Shown here piece after piece: positions 20,010 through 28,911 of a stretch of DNA of 64,000 nt. The DNA is from Dehalococcoidales bacterium. Lineage in GTDB: Bacteria > Chloroflexota > Dehalococcoidia > Dehalococcoidales > RBG-16-60-22. A program made the position numbers and the translations under genes. Where the stretch lies: contig JBEKDL010000004.1 in assembly GCA_050014355.1 (NCBI GenBank), positions 21,438 to 85,437 of the forward strand, in the 5' to 3' direction. Position 1 is the first letter of the stretch; every line of letters starts with the position of its first letter. The notes under the pieces were generated by a model. That model was given only the letters and a program-made list of their open reading frames with translations. It was not told the DNA's origin and searched no databases.

Positions 20010-20705
20010 TTAACCCTCCAGTTTATACCCCGTGCCCCGGACAGTGACGAGGTGTACGGGATGAGCGGGGTCAGGCTCTATTTTTTGCCTTAACCACCGG
20101 ATGTGCACATCGACGGTGCGCGTGTCGCCGGCGTAATCATAGCCCCAGACTTTTTCCAGAAGATGTTCGCGGCTGAAGACCAGGCTCCTGTTTTTCGCCA
20201 GGAAGGCCAGCAGGTCGAACTCTTTCGGTGATAGCTCCAGCGCTTCACCGGACAAGGAAGCGCGATGCCGGGCGGCGTCGACTTCCAGATTACCGATTTT
20301 TATCGATGTTGTCTTGCCGGCCTGTGGCGCTTCCGCCATTTTTGTCCGCCGGAGCATGGCTCTTACCCGGGCCATGAGCTCTCTCATGCTGAAAGGCTTG
20401 GTCATGTAGTCGTCGGCGCCGATTTCCAGTCCCACGATTTTATCGGTCTCATCGGTCCGGGCGGTAAGCATCAGGATAGGCACAGCCATCTCTTTACGGA
20501 GCACCCGGCACACTTCAAAGCCGTTCATCTTGGGCAGCATGATATCCAGGAGGATAAGGTCAGGTTTATCTTTCCGGGCAACTTTAATCGCTTGCTCGCC
20601 ATCGGTGGCGGTGACGACATCATAACCCTCTTTGTGGAGATTATATTTTAGGGTCTCCAGCAGGTTGGGGTCATCTTCGACGACAAGAATTTTATTATCA
20701 GGCAT
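20010..20705 (-). CDS. phoB: OmpR/PhoB-family response regulator
   Basis: It has a receiver domain (VVEDDP...DLILLDIMLP) and a winged-helix C-terminus (VRGTGYKLE). Confidence 0.85.
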   Translation of the reverse strand: MPDNKILVVEDDPNLLETLKYNLHKEGYDVVTATDGEQAIKVARKDKPDLILLDIMLPKMNGFEVCRVLRKEMAVPILMLTARTDETDKIVGLEIGADDYMTKPFSMRELMARVRAMLRRTKMAEAPQAGKTTSIKIGNLEVDAARHRASLSGEALELSPKEFDLLAFLAKNRSLVFSREHLLEKVWGYDYAGDTRTVDVHIRWLRQKIEPDPAHPVHLVTVRGTGYKLEG

Positions 20706-20864
20706 CTTACGTTCTATGGCCTAGTATAAGGCTAAAAGCCGAGTTCATCAAATTCTGCCTTTACTATTCAAACTCTGGATTATTTGTAAAAAAGGGGGAG
20801 TAGGATTGCTCACCATGCGCTATGGGAACCAGCCAGATACTTGAAGTCAGGATACTTTTACAAG

Positions 20865-21674
20865 CTAAGTCTGGTCGGCGTACCGCCACCATGCCCCGGT
20901 AATAATTAAGCTTATAACGCCGACCAATCCCACCAGGACATAGCTGATAAGACCAAGCGGTGAAGCTGCTTTCCCGGTTAGTGCTTCCGCTGCGCCGCTG
21001 TACAGCATGGGAATCATCCACGGAAAATATTGACCGTTGCCAAGCTGACTGATGACCTGCCCGAGGATGAGGACCAGGAAAATACACCCCACAGCCGGTA
21101 AGTAGCCGCGGGTGAAACTTGCCACGAGACCGAATGGTATGCAGAGGAGTACCGTCAGCGAAGCCGTACCCAATAAAAGCCCCAGTCCGTTCCAGGCGGT
21201 TGCCCCCGACCACCCCGGCAGATGCAATATCGCCCCGATGCCCAGCATGAGGATGAATACCAGCAAAATGAGCGCCACCGACCAGTACGCCGCGGTGATA
21301 ATCTTCGCGCTAACGATGGTTACCCGCGACGTGGGCAGCGAAAGCGAATCGTAGACGGTCTTATCGCCGAATTCCCGGCCGAAGACCCAGACGAAGATAA
21401 AACCGAAAATTATTAAACCGCCGACACTTACTAAAAGTAAAACCAGGTTGAAAAAGCTCGGCCAGTCAGCCGTACCTCCGAATATCTGCGCCTTGGCCCC
21501 CACGATACCGAGGCGGCGCGCCTGCGCCGGGTCCTTGAGGATATACATGAAAAGACCGCCGATGATAACGGCCAGGAAAATACCCAGGGCGGTTATCCAG
21601 AGCGTCTTCGAGCGCCTCACCTTCAGGAGTTCGACCCATAGCGCCGGGACGATTTCACCGGTGATATTTTTCAT
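20865..21674 (-). CDS. ABC-2 type transporter permease
   Basis: It is a 6-TM hydrophobic protein whose start overlaps the stop of the upstream ATPase. Confidence 0.75.
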   Translation of the reverse strand: MKNITGEIVPALWVELLKVRRSKTLWITALGIFLAVIIGGLFMYILKDPAQARRLGIVGAKAQIFGGTADWPSFFNLVLLLVSVGGLIIFGFIFVWVFGREFGDKTVYDSLSLPTSRVTIVSAKIITAAYWSVALILLVFILMLGIGAILHLPGWSGATAWNGLGLLLGTASLTVLLCIPFGLVASFTRGYLPAVGCIFLVLILGQVISQLGNGQYFPWMIPMLYSGAAEALTGKAASPLGLISYVLVGLVGVISLIITGAWWRYADQT

Positions 21675-22603
21675 TATTTTTTCTCCCCTTTCACGCCGAC
21701 CAGTCCCAGAAAGTAGGATTCGAGGTCTCCCTGCTCGACCACCAGTCTGGTTGGCGGAAGACCCGCTTCGACCAGCAGCATCGCGATTCGGTCGGGATAC
21801 TGCACCGCCAGTTTATCCGTGATAACGAGCGAGCTATTTTCACCCGGCCTCGCCGTGATACCAGCTTTCCCCAATACAGATAGGGCGGCACCCGTGTCAC
21901 GAACGTCGACCGCCAGGCGTTGTTCTTCCTGTTCCGCCAGCTCTCCGGCGTACAGTTCCTTCACCAGCCGCCCCTCGTGAACCACGCCTATCCGCATGGC
22001 CAGCCTGGCCACTTCACTTAAGATATGGCTGGAGATAAAAATAGTCGCGCCGTCGTTTTCGGCGAGACCGCGCAGCAGGTTCCTTACTTCGACGATACCG
22101 GCCGGGTCCAGCGCGTTCGCCGGCTCGTCCAGGATGAGTAAATCGGGATGATGGATAAGCGCCTTGGCCAGTCCCAGCCGCTGGGCATTGCCGAGCGAAA
22201 GTGTTCTGGCACGCCGGCTGGCGTAAGGTGTCAACCCTAATTCTTGGATAACCTTTTCCACCGCGCCGGCGTCTTTCAGGTGGCGAAGTCGCCGGACTAT
22301 CTCGATATTTTCCCGGACGGTCAGGTCGGGATAAGCGTGGGGAGTCTCGACAAGATACCCGACCCGCTGCCAGATTGACCTTTGACCGGGCTGCACCTTC
22401 ATACCGAAAAGCGAGACGGAGCCGGCGCTCGGTCTAATCATTCCCAGCAGCATACGAATGGTCGTTGTCTTGCCTGCCCCATTCAACCCTAAAAATCCGG
22501 GAATTTCCCCGCTGCGGATATTCAGGGAGAGGTCATTAACGGCCGTAAAGCTGCCAAAACGCTTCGTTAGCCCGGAAGCCATAATCGAAAGTGATTCGCC
22601 CAT
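21674..22603 (-). CDS. ABC transporter ATP-binding protein (ABC-2/DrrA-like)
   Basis: It has Walker A GLNGAGKTT, the signature LSLGNAQR and Walker B LILDEP. Confidence 0.88.
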   Translation of the reverse strand: MGESLSIMASGLTKRFGSFTAVNDLSLNIRSGEIPGFLGLNGAGKTTTIRMLLGMIRPSAGSVSLFGMKVQPGQRSIWQRVGYLVETPHAYPDLTVRENIEIVRRLRHLKDAGAVEKVIQELGLTPYASRRARTLSLGNAQRLGLAKALIHHPDLLILDEPANALDPAGIVEVRNLLRGLAENDGATIFISSHILSEVARLAMRIGVVHEGRLVKELYAGELAEQEEQRLAVDVRDTGAALSVLGKAGITARPGENSSLVITDKLAVQYPDRIAMLLVEAGLPPTRLVVEQGDLESYFLGLVGVKGEKK

Positions 22604-22752
22604 TTTCAGTCGCTCCAGTCCTGTTAGCTATATAATTATAGATTTTGGAATAATATGTTATAATTATTATAATTATTATAGTCCACAATATTGTAATTGT
22701 CAATGTAATATTATATAATAATTATAAATATAATATCATATGGAGGCGGCAC
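22604..22752. promoter_or_regulatory. divergent promoter/operator region, extremely A+T-rich with reiterated TATAATTAT units
   Basis: It contains the perfect palindrome TATAATTATA (22629-22638) and runs such as TTATAATTATTATAATTATTATA. It lies between the ABC operon and the divergent TetR gene. Confidence 0.6.
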
Positions 22753-23328
22753 ATGGATGGGTTCGAGCGCAGGAAAGAGCAGAGTAAGGAAGATATCCGC
22801 CGGGCGGCTGAAGAGCTTTTTTCAAAGTTCGGCGCCGACAAGGTCAGCGTCAACGATATTGCCCGTAAAGCCGGCGTATCCCAGGCTACCATTTACAACA
22901 ACTTCGGCAGCAAGGACGAACTGGTGCATGATTACCATAATATGATTGTCAAAATGATTGCCAGCCGTTTCCGCGAGATATTAGTCTGGAAAAAATCGTA
23001 CGTGGAAAAATTGCAGGGTTTTTTGCAGTCCTGGATAGACATCGCCGACCGATACAAAATCGAAATTAAAGACTCCGAAACAAAACCGTCCCGTGATGCT
23101 ATCGGAATCGAAATCGAAAACTCATTCCGGGAATTCATCAAAGAAGGCAAAGACCAGGGCGACCTCCGTTCGGACCTTTCCGACCAGGCCATCATCGCAT
23201 ATTTTAAATTTTTCCAGCAGGGCATCTCCAACAACCCGGGAATCAGCGATAGGATGCGTCGCAATTCAAAACTATCTCGTGACCTGCTTTCGCTTTTTAT
23301 GTACGGAATTAGCGGACAGAGCGGTTAG
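22753..23328 (+). CDS. TetR/AcrR-family transcriptional regulator
   Basis: It has an N-terminal HTH (VSVNDIARKAGVSQATIYNNFGSKDEL), and GGAGG lies upstream. Confidence 0.88.
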   Translation: MDGFERRKEQSKEDIRRAAEELFSKFGADKVSVNDIARKAGVSQATIYNNFGSKDELVHDYHNMIVKMIASRFREILVWKKSYVEKLQGFLQSWIDIADRYKIEIKDSETKPSRDAIGIEIENSFREFIKEGKDQGDLRSDLSDQAIIAYFKFFQQGISNNPGISDRMRRNSKLSRDLLSLFMYGISGQSG

Positions 23329-23670
23329 TTCAGTCAGCAACTCAAGTTATTATGGTTTAAATCCTTTCGCCGGCCACTATGAAGCCTCTTGAATTTGAAA
23401 TATCTCAATTTATTTTTTTATCGGCCGGGAATGGATTGCGTAATCAAATTCTTTGAATTAAACAATTGGACTATATCCAGAATATATAAAACGCCCGACA
23501 CGCGGCATTTAATCTCTATCCTGCCTGACCATCTGGCCAAGGTAAAAGCTCGCCTAACGTCCAACCCATAATTACCCTGAAGCAGGGCGCGCTATAGGAT
23601 ATTTTTCGATACACTTAAAGTATCAAGCAGATGATTCAATTCACGAGCTGATGAAAAAAGGAGGCTGAAA

Positions 23671-24111
23671 ATGCAAAATAATGATTTAAACAACGCTTCG
23701 GCAGCTGAAAACCCCGGCGCCCAGGGGCCTTCCTACCGGGACTGGAGAGAAGAGCGCCGCGAATGGCGGAGAGCATGGAAAGAAGAAAGGCGCAGGCTCC
23801 CTTGCCACGGCCTGTTCTGGGGACTGGGCCTGCTACTGCTGGGCGTGCTCTTGCTGCTGAATCAGGCAGGATGGGTATCCGGCGATACCTGGTGGCAGTC
23901 CCTGCTTATCGGCCTGGGGGCTATCTCGGTAGTTAACGGCGTGGCGCATTACCGGAGTCCGGCTTACCGCTGGGGCAGCTATGGCAAATTCGTCTTTGGG
24001 GCTATCCTCATTCTTGTCGGGGTTCTCCTCATGCTCGGTATCAGCCAGTGGTGGCCGGCGGTCTTGATTGTAGCGGGAATCGCCTTGCTCGGCCGTTTCT
24101 TCTGGAGATAA
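23671..24111 (+). CDS. small membrane protein with an Arg-rich N-terminal helix and a LiaF/LiaI-like 4-TM domain
   Basis: The segment RDWREERREWRRAWKEERRR is followed by four TM helices. It is paralogous to the N-terminus of the downstream kinase. Confidence 0.65.
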   Translation: MQNNDLNNASAAENPGAQGPSYRDWREERREWRRAWKEERRRLPCHGLFWGLGLLLLGVLLLLNQAGWVSGDTWWQSLLIGLGAISVVNGVAHYRSPAYRWGSYGKFVFGAILILVGVLLMLGISQWWPAVLIVAGIALLGRFFWR

Positions 24112-24196
24112 AACTCGCACGTATAACGAGCCTGTAAACACAAATCTTTAAATGCTATAATTACTTTACCCATAGGGATGATATTGGTGGGCTGAT

Positions 24197-25729
24197 ATGA
24201 CGGACGAGAAAAACACTAAAAAAACAGGGTATCAGAGCGAAGATACTACGCCCTTCCGGTCTGTGAGGGAGTTGCGGCGGGTGAGAAAAGAGCTGCGGCG
24301 CGCGCGGAAAGAACTGAAGCGCCAGAGAAAGGACCAGCGCCCTCCTTTGCGCTATCTCTTCTGGGGGCTGATGTTAATACTGTGGGCGGTTCTCATTTTT
24401 CTTCTGGAACAAAAATGGATAACGGCAGATAACCTGTGGAAAGCTTTTATCACCGGCCTGGGAACAATCTTCATCATTCAAGCAGTAATTTATTACCTGA
24501 CACCCTCTTACCGTTCCCACGCCCTCGGACGGCTTATACCGGGCATTATTCTTACCATCATCGGCGTGGTATTTCTTTTCGGCAACAACGCCTGGTTGCC
24601 GCTGATTCTCGTCGCTGCCGGGATATCAGTTATTTTTATTTCATGGTTTCTCCAGCGGGAAATCGAAAGGCGCCGTATCACCCAGGAAACGCTGCGCGAG
24701 AGCGAGGTCAAATACAGCCATATCATCGATAATGCCAACAGCGTTATCATGGAAATAGACACCGGCGGGAATATCACGTTTATGAATAAATTCGCCCTGA
24801 ACTTTTTTGGATTTCAGGACGGGGAAATACTGGGACACAATCTGGTAGGGACCATCGTCGCCCCCGGGGCTGCGGCCATCGCCGAGCGGGACGCCATGAT
24901 TAAGGATATTATCTCCTCTCCGCAGAGCTATCTACATAATGAAAAGGGAAATCTCCGCAAGAACGGTGAGAAGGTCTGGATGGTCTGGACTTATAAGCCC
25001 ATCCTGGACGAGGTAAACAATCTTAAAGAGATATTATGCACCGGCATCGATAGGACACAGCAAAAGAAAGCCGAGGAGCTGGCCGCCCGGGAAATCAAGG
25101 AAAAAACGGCCATCGAGGAGCGCACCCGCCTGGCCCGCGACCTCCACGATGCGGTCAGCCAGACCCTGTTCTCCACCAGCCTGATTGCCGAGGTGCTGCC
25201 AAGGGTGTGGGAGCGGAATAAAGAAGAAGGCTTAAAAAAGCTCGAAGAAGTCCGCCAGTTGACCCGCGGCGCCCTGGCCGAAATGCGCACATTGCTTTTC
25301 GAACTGCGGCCCGCCGCGCTGGCCGATGCAGACCTGAATGATTTATTGCGCCAGCTAGCGGAATCAGTCATCGGCCGGGCGCGCGTGCCGGTAGCGTTAG
25401 AGGTCGAAGGGGCCTGTGAAATCCCCCCTGATGTTAAAGTCGCCCTCTACCGCATAGCGCAGGAAGCCCTGAACAACATCGCCAAGCACTCGGGAGCCAG
25501 CCAGGCACGGGTATCCCTGCACTGCCAGCCGCAGGGGATTAATTTGCAAATCATCGATAACGGGCATGGCTTCGATATCTCGCGGGCAGCCCCGGGCAGT
25601 TTCGGTCTGAATAATATGAAGGAACGCGCCGGTCAAATCGGCGCCGCGCTGCGAATTGAAAGTAAAATTAATCATGGTACCGAAATTAGCGTTGACTGGC
25701 ATGACCATGCCGGGGAGGTGCCGCAATGA
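24197..25729 (+). CDS. sensor histidine kinase (NarL/LiaS class) with a fused LiaF-like 4-TM input domain and PAS
   Basis: After the Arg-rich helix and 4 TM segments come a PAS domain, a HisKA_3-type H-box (RDLHDAVSQTL) and an HATPase domain. Confidence 0.85.
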   Translation: MTDEKNTKKTGYQSEDTTPFRSVRELRRVRKELRRARKELKRQRKDQRPPLRYLFWGLMLILWAVLIFLLEQKWITADNLWKAFITGLGTIFIIQAVIYYLTPSYRSHALGRLIPGIILTIIGVVFLFGNNAWLPLILVAAGISVIFISWFLQREIERRRITQETLRESEVKYSHIIDNANSVIMEIDTGGNITFMNKFALNFFGFQDGEILGHNLVGTIVAPGAAAIAERDAMIKDIISSPQSYLHNEKGNLRKNGEKVWMVWTYKPILDEVNNLKEILCTGIDRTQQKKAEELAAREIKEKTAIEERTRLARDLHDAVSQTLFSTSLIAEVLPRVWERNKEEGLKKLEEVRQLTRGALAEMRTLLFELRPAALADADLNDLLRQLAESVIGRARVPVALEVEGACEIPPDVKVALYRIAQEALNNIAKHSGASQARVSLHCQPQGINLQIIDNGHGFDISRAAPGSFGLNNMKERAGQIGAALRIESKINHGTEISVDWHDHAGEVPQ

Positions 25730-26367
25730 CACAATCAAATACTATTAGAGTCCTGCTGGTCGACGACCACATGGTGGTGCGCACCGGCTTAAGCACCGTC
25801 CTGGCAGTGCATGACGATTTGAAGCTGGTCGGTGAGGCGGGGGACGGGGAAGAAGCCATCCGCCTCTGTGAGCGTCTCCAGCCGGACGTAGTCCTGATGG
25901 ACCTGCTGATGCCGAAGATGGACGGCGTGACGGCCACGCGGATAATCAAAGAGCGCTGGCCGCGCGTCCAGGTTATCGCCCTGACAAGCTTTAAAGAAAA
26001 GGAATACGTGGAAGGAGCGCTAAAAGCCGGGGCTAACGGTTATCTGCTTAAGAACGTCTCGGCGGAGGAGCTGGTGAACGCGGTGCGGCGGGCCGTTTCC
26101 GGGCAGCCGAGCCTCTCGCCGGAGGCCGCCCAGGTCCTGATTCAGAAGGTCAACGAGCCTGCGCCACCCGGGCAGGACATGACCGACCGCGAGAAAGAAA
26201 TCCTGGCTTTGATGGTCGAAGGCCTTTCCAATATTGAAATCGCTGAACGCCTTATCGTCAGCCAGTCCACCGCGAAATTCCATGTCAGCAACATCCTGTC
26301 CAAGCTGGGCGTCAGCAGCCGGACGGAGGCGGTCGCGCTGGCGGTGAAACACCACTTGGTCAAATGA
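25726..26367 (+). CDS. NarL/LuxR-family response regulator
   Basis: It has a receiver domain and a C-terminal LuxR HTH (REKEILALMVEGLSNIEIAERLIVSQSTAKFHVSNIL). It overlaps the kinase stop by 4 nt. Confidence 0.9.
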   Translation: MTQSNTIRVLLVDDHMVVRTGLSTVLAVHDDLKLVGEAGDGEEAIRLCERLQPDVVLMDLLMPKMDGVTATRIIKERWPRVQVIALTSFKEKEYVEGALKAGANGYLLKNVSAEELVNAVRRAVSGQPSLSPEAAQVLIQKVNEPAPPGQDMTDREKEILALMVEGLSNIEIAERLIVSQSTAKFHVSNILSKLGVSSRTEAVALAVKHHLVK

Positions 26368-26402
26368 CCAGTTATTAATCTGGCCGCCCTTCCAGTGCCT
26401 AA

Positions 26403-26441
26403 TCCCCCCGAACGCACGGCGTATCCGGGGGGATTTCTATT
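26403..26441 (+). terminator. rho-independent terminator
   Basis: An 8-bp G/C stem TCCCCCCG/CGGGGGGA is followed by a T-rich tract. Confidence 0.65.
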
Positions 26442-26489
26442 TATAATGAACTTGAAAGTCAACTGCGGACTAAAACGAGGAGCAAAAAT

Positions 26490-27407
26490 ATGGAAAGCAT
26501 CATTGAAGTCAATAATCTCACGAAAAAGTATGGTGATACGGCTGCCGTTAACGGGGTGAGCTTCGCGGTGGAGAAGGGCGAGGTCTTCGGCATACTGGGA
26601 CCTAACGGGGCGGGTAAAACGACCACGGTCGAAATGATAGAAGGTCTGCGTAAGCCGGACGGCGGCAGCATCCACGTGTGCGATATCGACGCATTGAGAG
26701 AACCCCGCCGCACTAAGGAGATAATAGGGGTGCTACTCCAGGCCACTAGCCTTTACGATAATATACGCGTTAAGGAAATCATCGAACTCTTCGGCAGCTA
26801 CTATGCTAAAGCGCTGCCGGCAGCGCAAATCCTGGACGAAGTGTCGCTCACCGATAAAAAACATGGCACGGTAAGCTCACTTTCGGGCGGCCAGAAACAG
26901 CGCCTTAGCATCGGCCTGGCCCTGGTGAACGACCCGGAAGTCCTGTTCCTGGACGAGCCCACTACCGGGCTTGACCCGCAAGCCAGGCACAATGTCTGGA
27001 GCATTGTCGAGAAACTAAGAGACCGCGGCAAAACGATTATCCTGACAACGCACTACATGGAAGAAGCGGAACAGCTGTGCCAGCGCCTCGCCATCATCGA
27101 CCGCGGAAAAATCATCGCCATGGATACCCCGGACAGCCTGATTAATAACGCCGGGCTGGACACGTCGATAGAGTTCGCCACGTCAAGGGAGCTGAACGGC
27201 TTATTGAATAAAATCCCCGGTATCCAGAAAGTCAATAACGGAAAAACACACAAATACTCGGTGAATACCAGGGCCGTCTCGCTGGTATTGAAAGACCTGA
27301 CCAATCTCTGCTATGAAAATCACGTCGACCTGGAAAATATCTCGGTCAGAAAAGCGACGCTGGAAGACGTCTTCCTGGCCATGACCGGCCGTAAATTACG
27401 CGAATAG
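26490..27407 (+). CDS. ABC transporter ATP-binding protein (DrrA-like)
   Basis: It has Walker A GPNGAGKTT, the signature LSGGQKQR and Walker B LFLDEP. Confidence 0.88.
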   Translation: MESIIEVNNLTKKYGDTAAVNGVSFAVEKGEVFGILGPNGAGKTTTVEMIEGLRKPDGGSIHVCDIDALREPRRTKEIIGVLLQATSLYDNIRVKEIIELFGSYYAKALPAAQILDEVSLTDKKHGTVSSLSGGQKQRLSIGLALVNDPEVLFLDEPTTGLDPQARHNVWSIVEKLRDRGKTIILTTHYMEEAEQLCQRLAIIDRGKIIAMDTPDSLINNAGLDTSIEFATSRELNGLLNKIPGIQKVNNGKTHKYSVNTRAVSLVLKDLTNLCYENHVDLENISVRKATLEDVFLAMTGRKLRE

Positions 27408-27419
27408 GAGGATATACCA

Positions 27420-28163
27420 ATGGCTATGCTACTCAAACAAACCGCCATCGAAACCAGACTATTTCTTAGAAGGAGAAGCGAACTTCTCTGGACCCTGGCC
27501 TTCCCGATAATGTTTATGGTGCTTTTCGGCCTTATTTACGGCAACACGCAATGGAACGGCATGGACATGCGGGCGGTGGACTTTCTCCTGCCCGGCATTA
27601 TCGTCATGGGAGCGATGGTGACCGGCATCATGCGCACCTCCGTCGGATTCGTGGGAGAACGTGAAAAAGGAATTTATCGCCGCCTGGGCCTGACCCCGCT
27701 AAAAAGGCAGACGCTCATCGGCAGCCAGTTGTTGCAGCACTATATCGTCATTGTCGTTCAGACCATACTGCTGATAGCCATCGGCGTTACTTTCTTTAAA
27801 GTCAATATTACGGGCAATATGTTCCTGTTCTGGCTCGTGGTTTCCATCGGCGCTCTGTGCTTTATGAGCATCGGCTTTGCCCTCACCGGCCTTATCAAGA
27901 CCGCGCGCAGCGCCACGCCCATCAACCAGATGGCCTACTTCACCCTGATGTTCCTCGGCGGCATCTTTTTCCCCAACAGCATGCTGCCCCATTTTCTGGC
28001 GAATGTAGCCAATGCGTTGCCCTCTACCCAGATGAGCGACGCCCTGCGCATGGTCGCTTACCAGGGAGGCGGCATCGCGGACATCTGGCAAAATATGGTC
28101 ATCATGGCGGGGTGGATACTGGCCTGCCTGGCCATCTCTATCAAGTTTTTCCGCTGGGAATAA
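27420..28163 (+). CDS. ABC-2 type transporter permease
   Basis: It is a 6-TM protein directly downstream of the ATPase, with AGGAGG as RBS. Confidence 0.8.
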   Translation: MAMLLKQTAIETRLFLRRRSELLWTLAFPIMFMVLFGLIYGNTQWNGMDMRAVDFLLPGIIVMGAMVTGIMRTSVGFVGEREKGIYRRLGLTPLKRQTLIGSQLLQHYIVIVVQTILLIAIGVTFFKVNITGNMFLFWLVVSIGALCFMSIGFALTGLIKTARSATPINQMAYFTLMFLGGIFFPNSMLPHFLANVANALPSTQMSDALRMVAYQGGGIADIWQNMVIMAGWILACLAISIKFFRWE

Positions 28164-28260
28164 ATTTCAATTCGTACGGTAGATAATCTTGCAGCGGGCG
28201 GCTTTCACTCTATTCTCCCAAACAGGCATTATTTGCCTGTGCGCGCCTTCTGACGCCCAT

Positions 28261-28303
28261 TTGACAGGTAAAAGACCGGTATGCTATACTCATCGTTAAA
28301 CGA
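28261..28303 (+). promoter_or_regulatory. zur promoter with candidate Fur-family operator
   Basis: The promoter is TTGACA (28261-28266), an 18-nt spacer, then the extended -10 TGCTATACT (28282-28290). It is followed by the inverted repeat TCGTT-A-AACGA (28293-28303). Confidence 0.55.
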
Positions 28304-28328
28304 CATCTAATTTCAACTGCAATACGAT

Positions 28329-28769
28329 ATGAGACTTACAGCGAATAGGATAGCGGGAATTCTCCGGGAGCATGGACATAAACTTACCCCCCAGCGCCAT
28401 GTCGTACTTAAAGTGATGGCCTCGAGCCACGACCATCTAACACCGGAAAGCATATACGAGAAGTCACGCCTGGAAAACCCGACCATCGGCCGTGTCACGG
28501 TCTATCGCACTCTTGACCTGCTCGGCAAACTGAATTTAGTCTGCCGGGTCCATGCCGATGGCAGATGCCGGAACTATATGATGAGGAGACCTGCAGAACA
28601 TCACCATCATCTGGTCTGTTCGGGCTGCGGCAAAGTCGTAGATTTCACCAGCTGCGGTCTTAACGAGATGGAAAAAAAACTGTCCCTGGAAAGCGGCTTC
28701 GATATTAAAGGCCACTTACTCGAGTTTTACGGCCTCTGCCGCGATTGCGTCGTAAATATCCCGCTTTAG
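28329..28769 (+). CDS. zur: Fur-family metalloregulator (Zur-like)
   Basis: It has the Fur-fold motifs HHHHLVCSGCGKV...CRDC and is encoded directly upstream of znuABC. Confidence 0.8.
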   Translation: MRLTANRIAGILREHGHKLTPQRHVVLKVMASSHDHLTPESIYEKSRLENPTIGRVTVYRTLDLLGKLNLVCRVHADGRCRNYMMRRPAEHHHHLVCSGCGKVVDFTSCGLNEMEKKLSLESGFDIKGHLLEFYGLCRDCVVNIPL

Positions 28770-28821
28770 TTTTTCGTTTTCATGGCACAATAAAGTAAAA
28801 CTAATTATTTAAAGTAGATAC

Positions 28822-28911
28822 CCACGGGCAGAGCCCGTGGCACTTTGTAACTCAAGCTTTGCTGCACGCCCTTCGGGCGGTTACGCATTCACCCACGGGC
28901 AAAGCCCGTGG
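28822..28911. repeat. two copies of a 19-nt perfect hairpin CCACGGGC-NNN-GCCCGTGG
   Basis: The copies lie at 28822-28840 (loop AGA) and 28893-28911 (loop AAA). Each is followed by a GCCCTTCGGG motif. The second copy lies inside the predicted 5' end of znuA. Confidence 0.85.

Noticed and set aside
22604-22752. The repetitive A+T-rich block was considered as a possible CRISPR or minisatellite.
   Set aside because: The units overlap and run continuously with no spacers. The region is only 149 bp and sits exactly between divergent start codons, so it is interpreted as promoter/operator DNA.
23389-23571. A 60-aa plus-strand ORF lies in the 342-bp spacer before the LiaF-like operon. A nearby palindrome, GATACACTTAAAGTATC (23608-23624), could be a regulator site.
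   Set aside because: The ORF has no RBS and an odd composition. The palindrome is imperfect and I cannot tie it to a known NarL/LiaR consensus from memory. I have noted it only as something to test if the regulon is studied.
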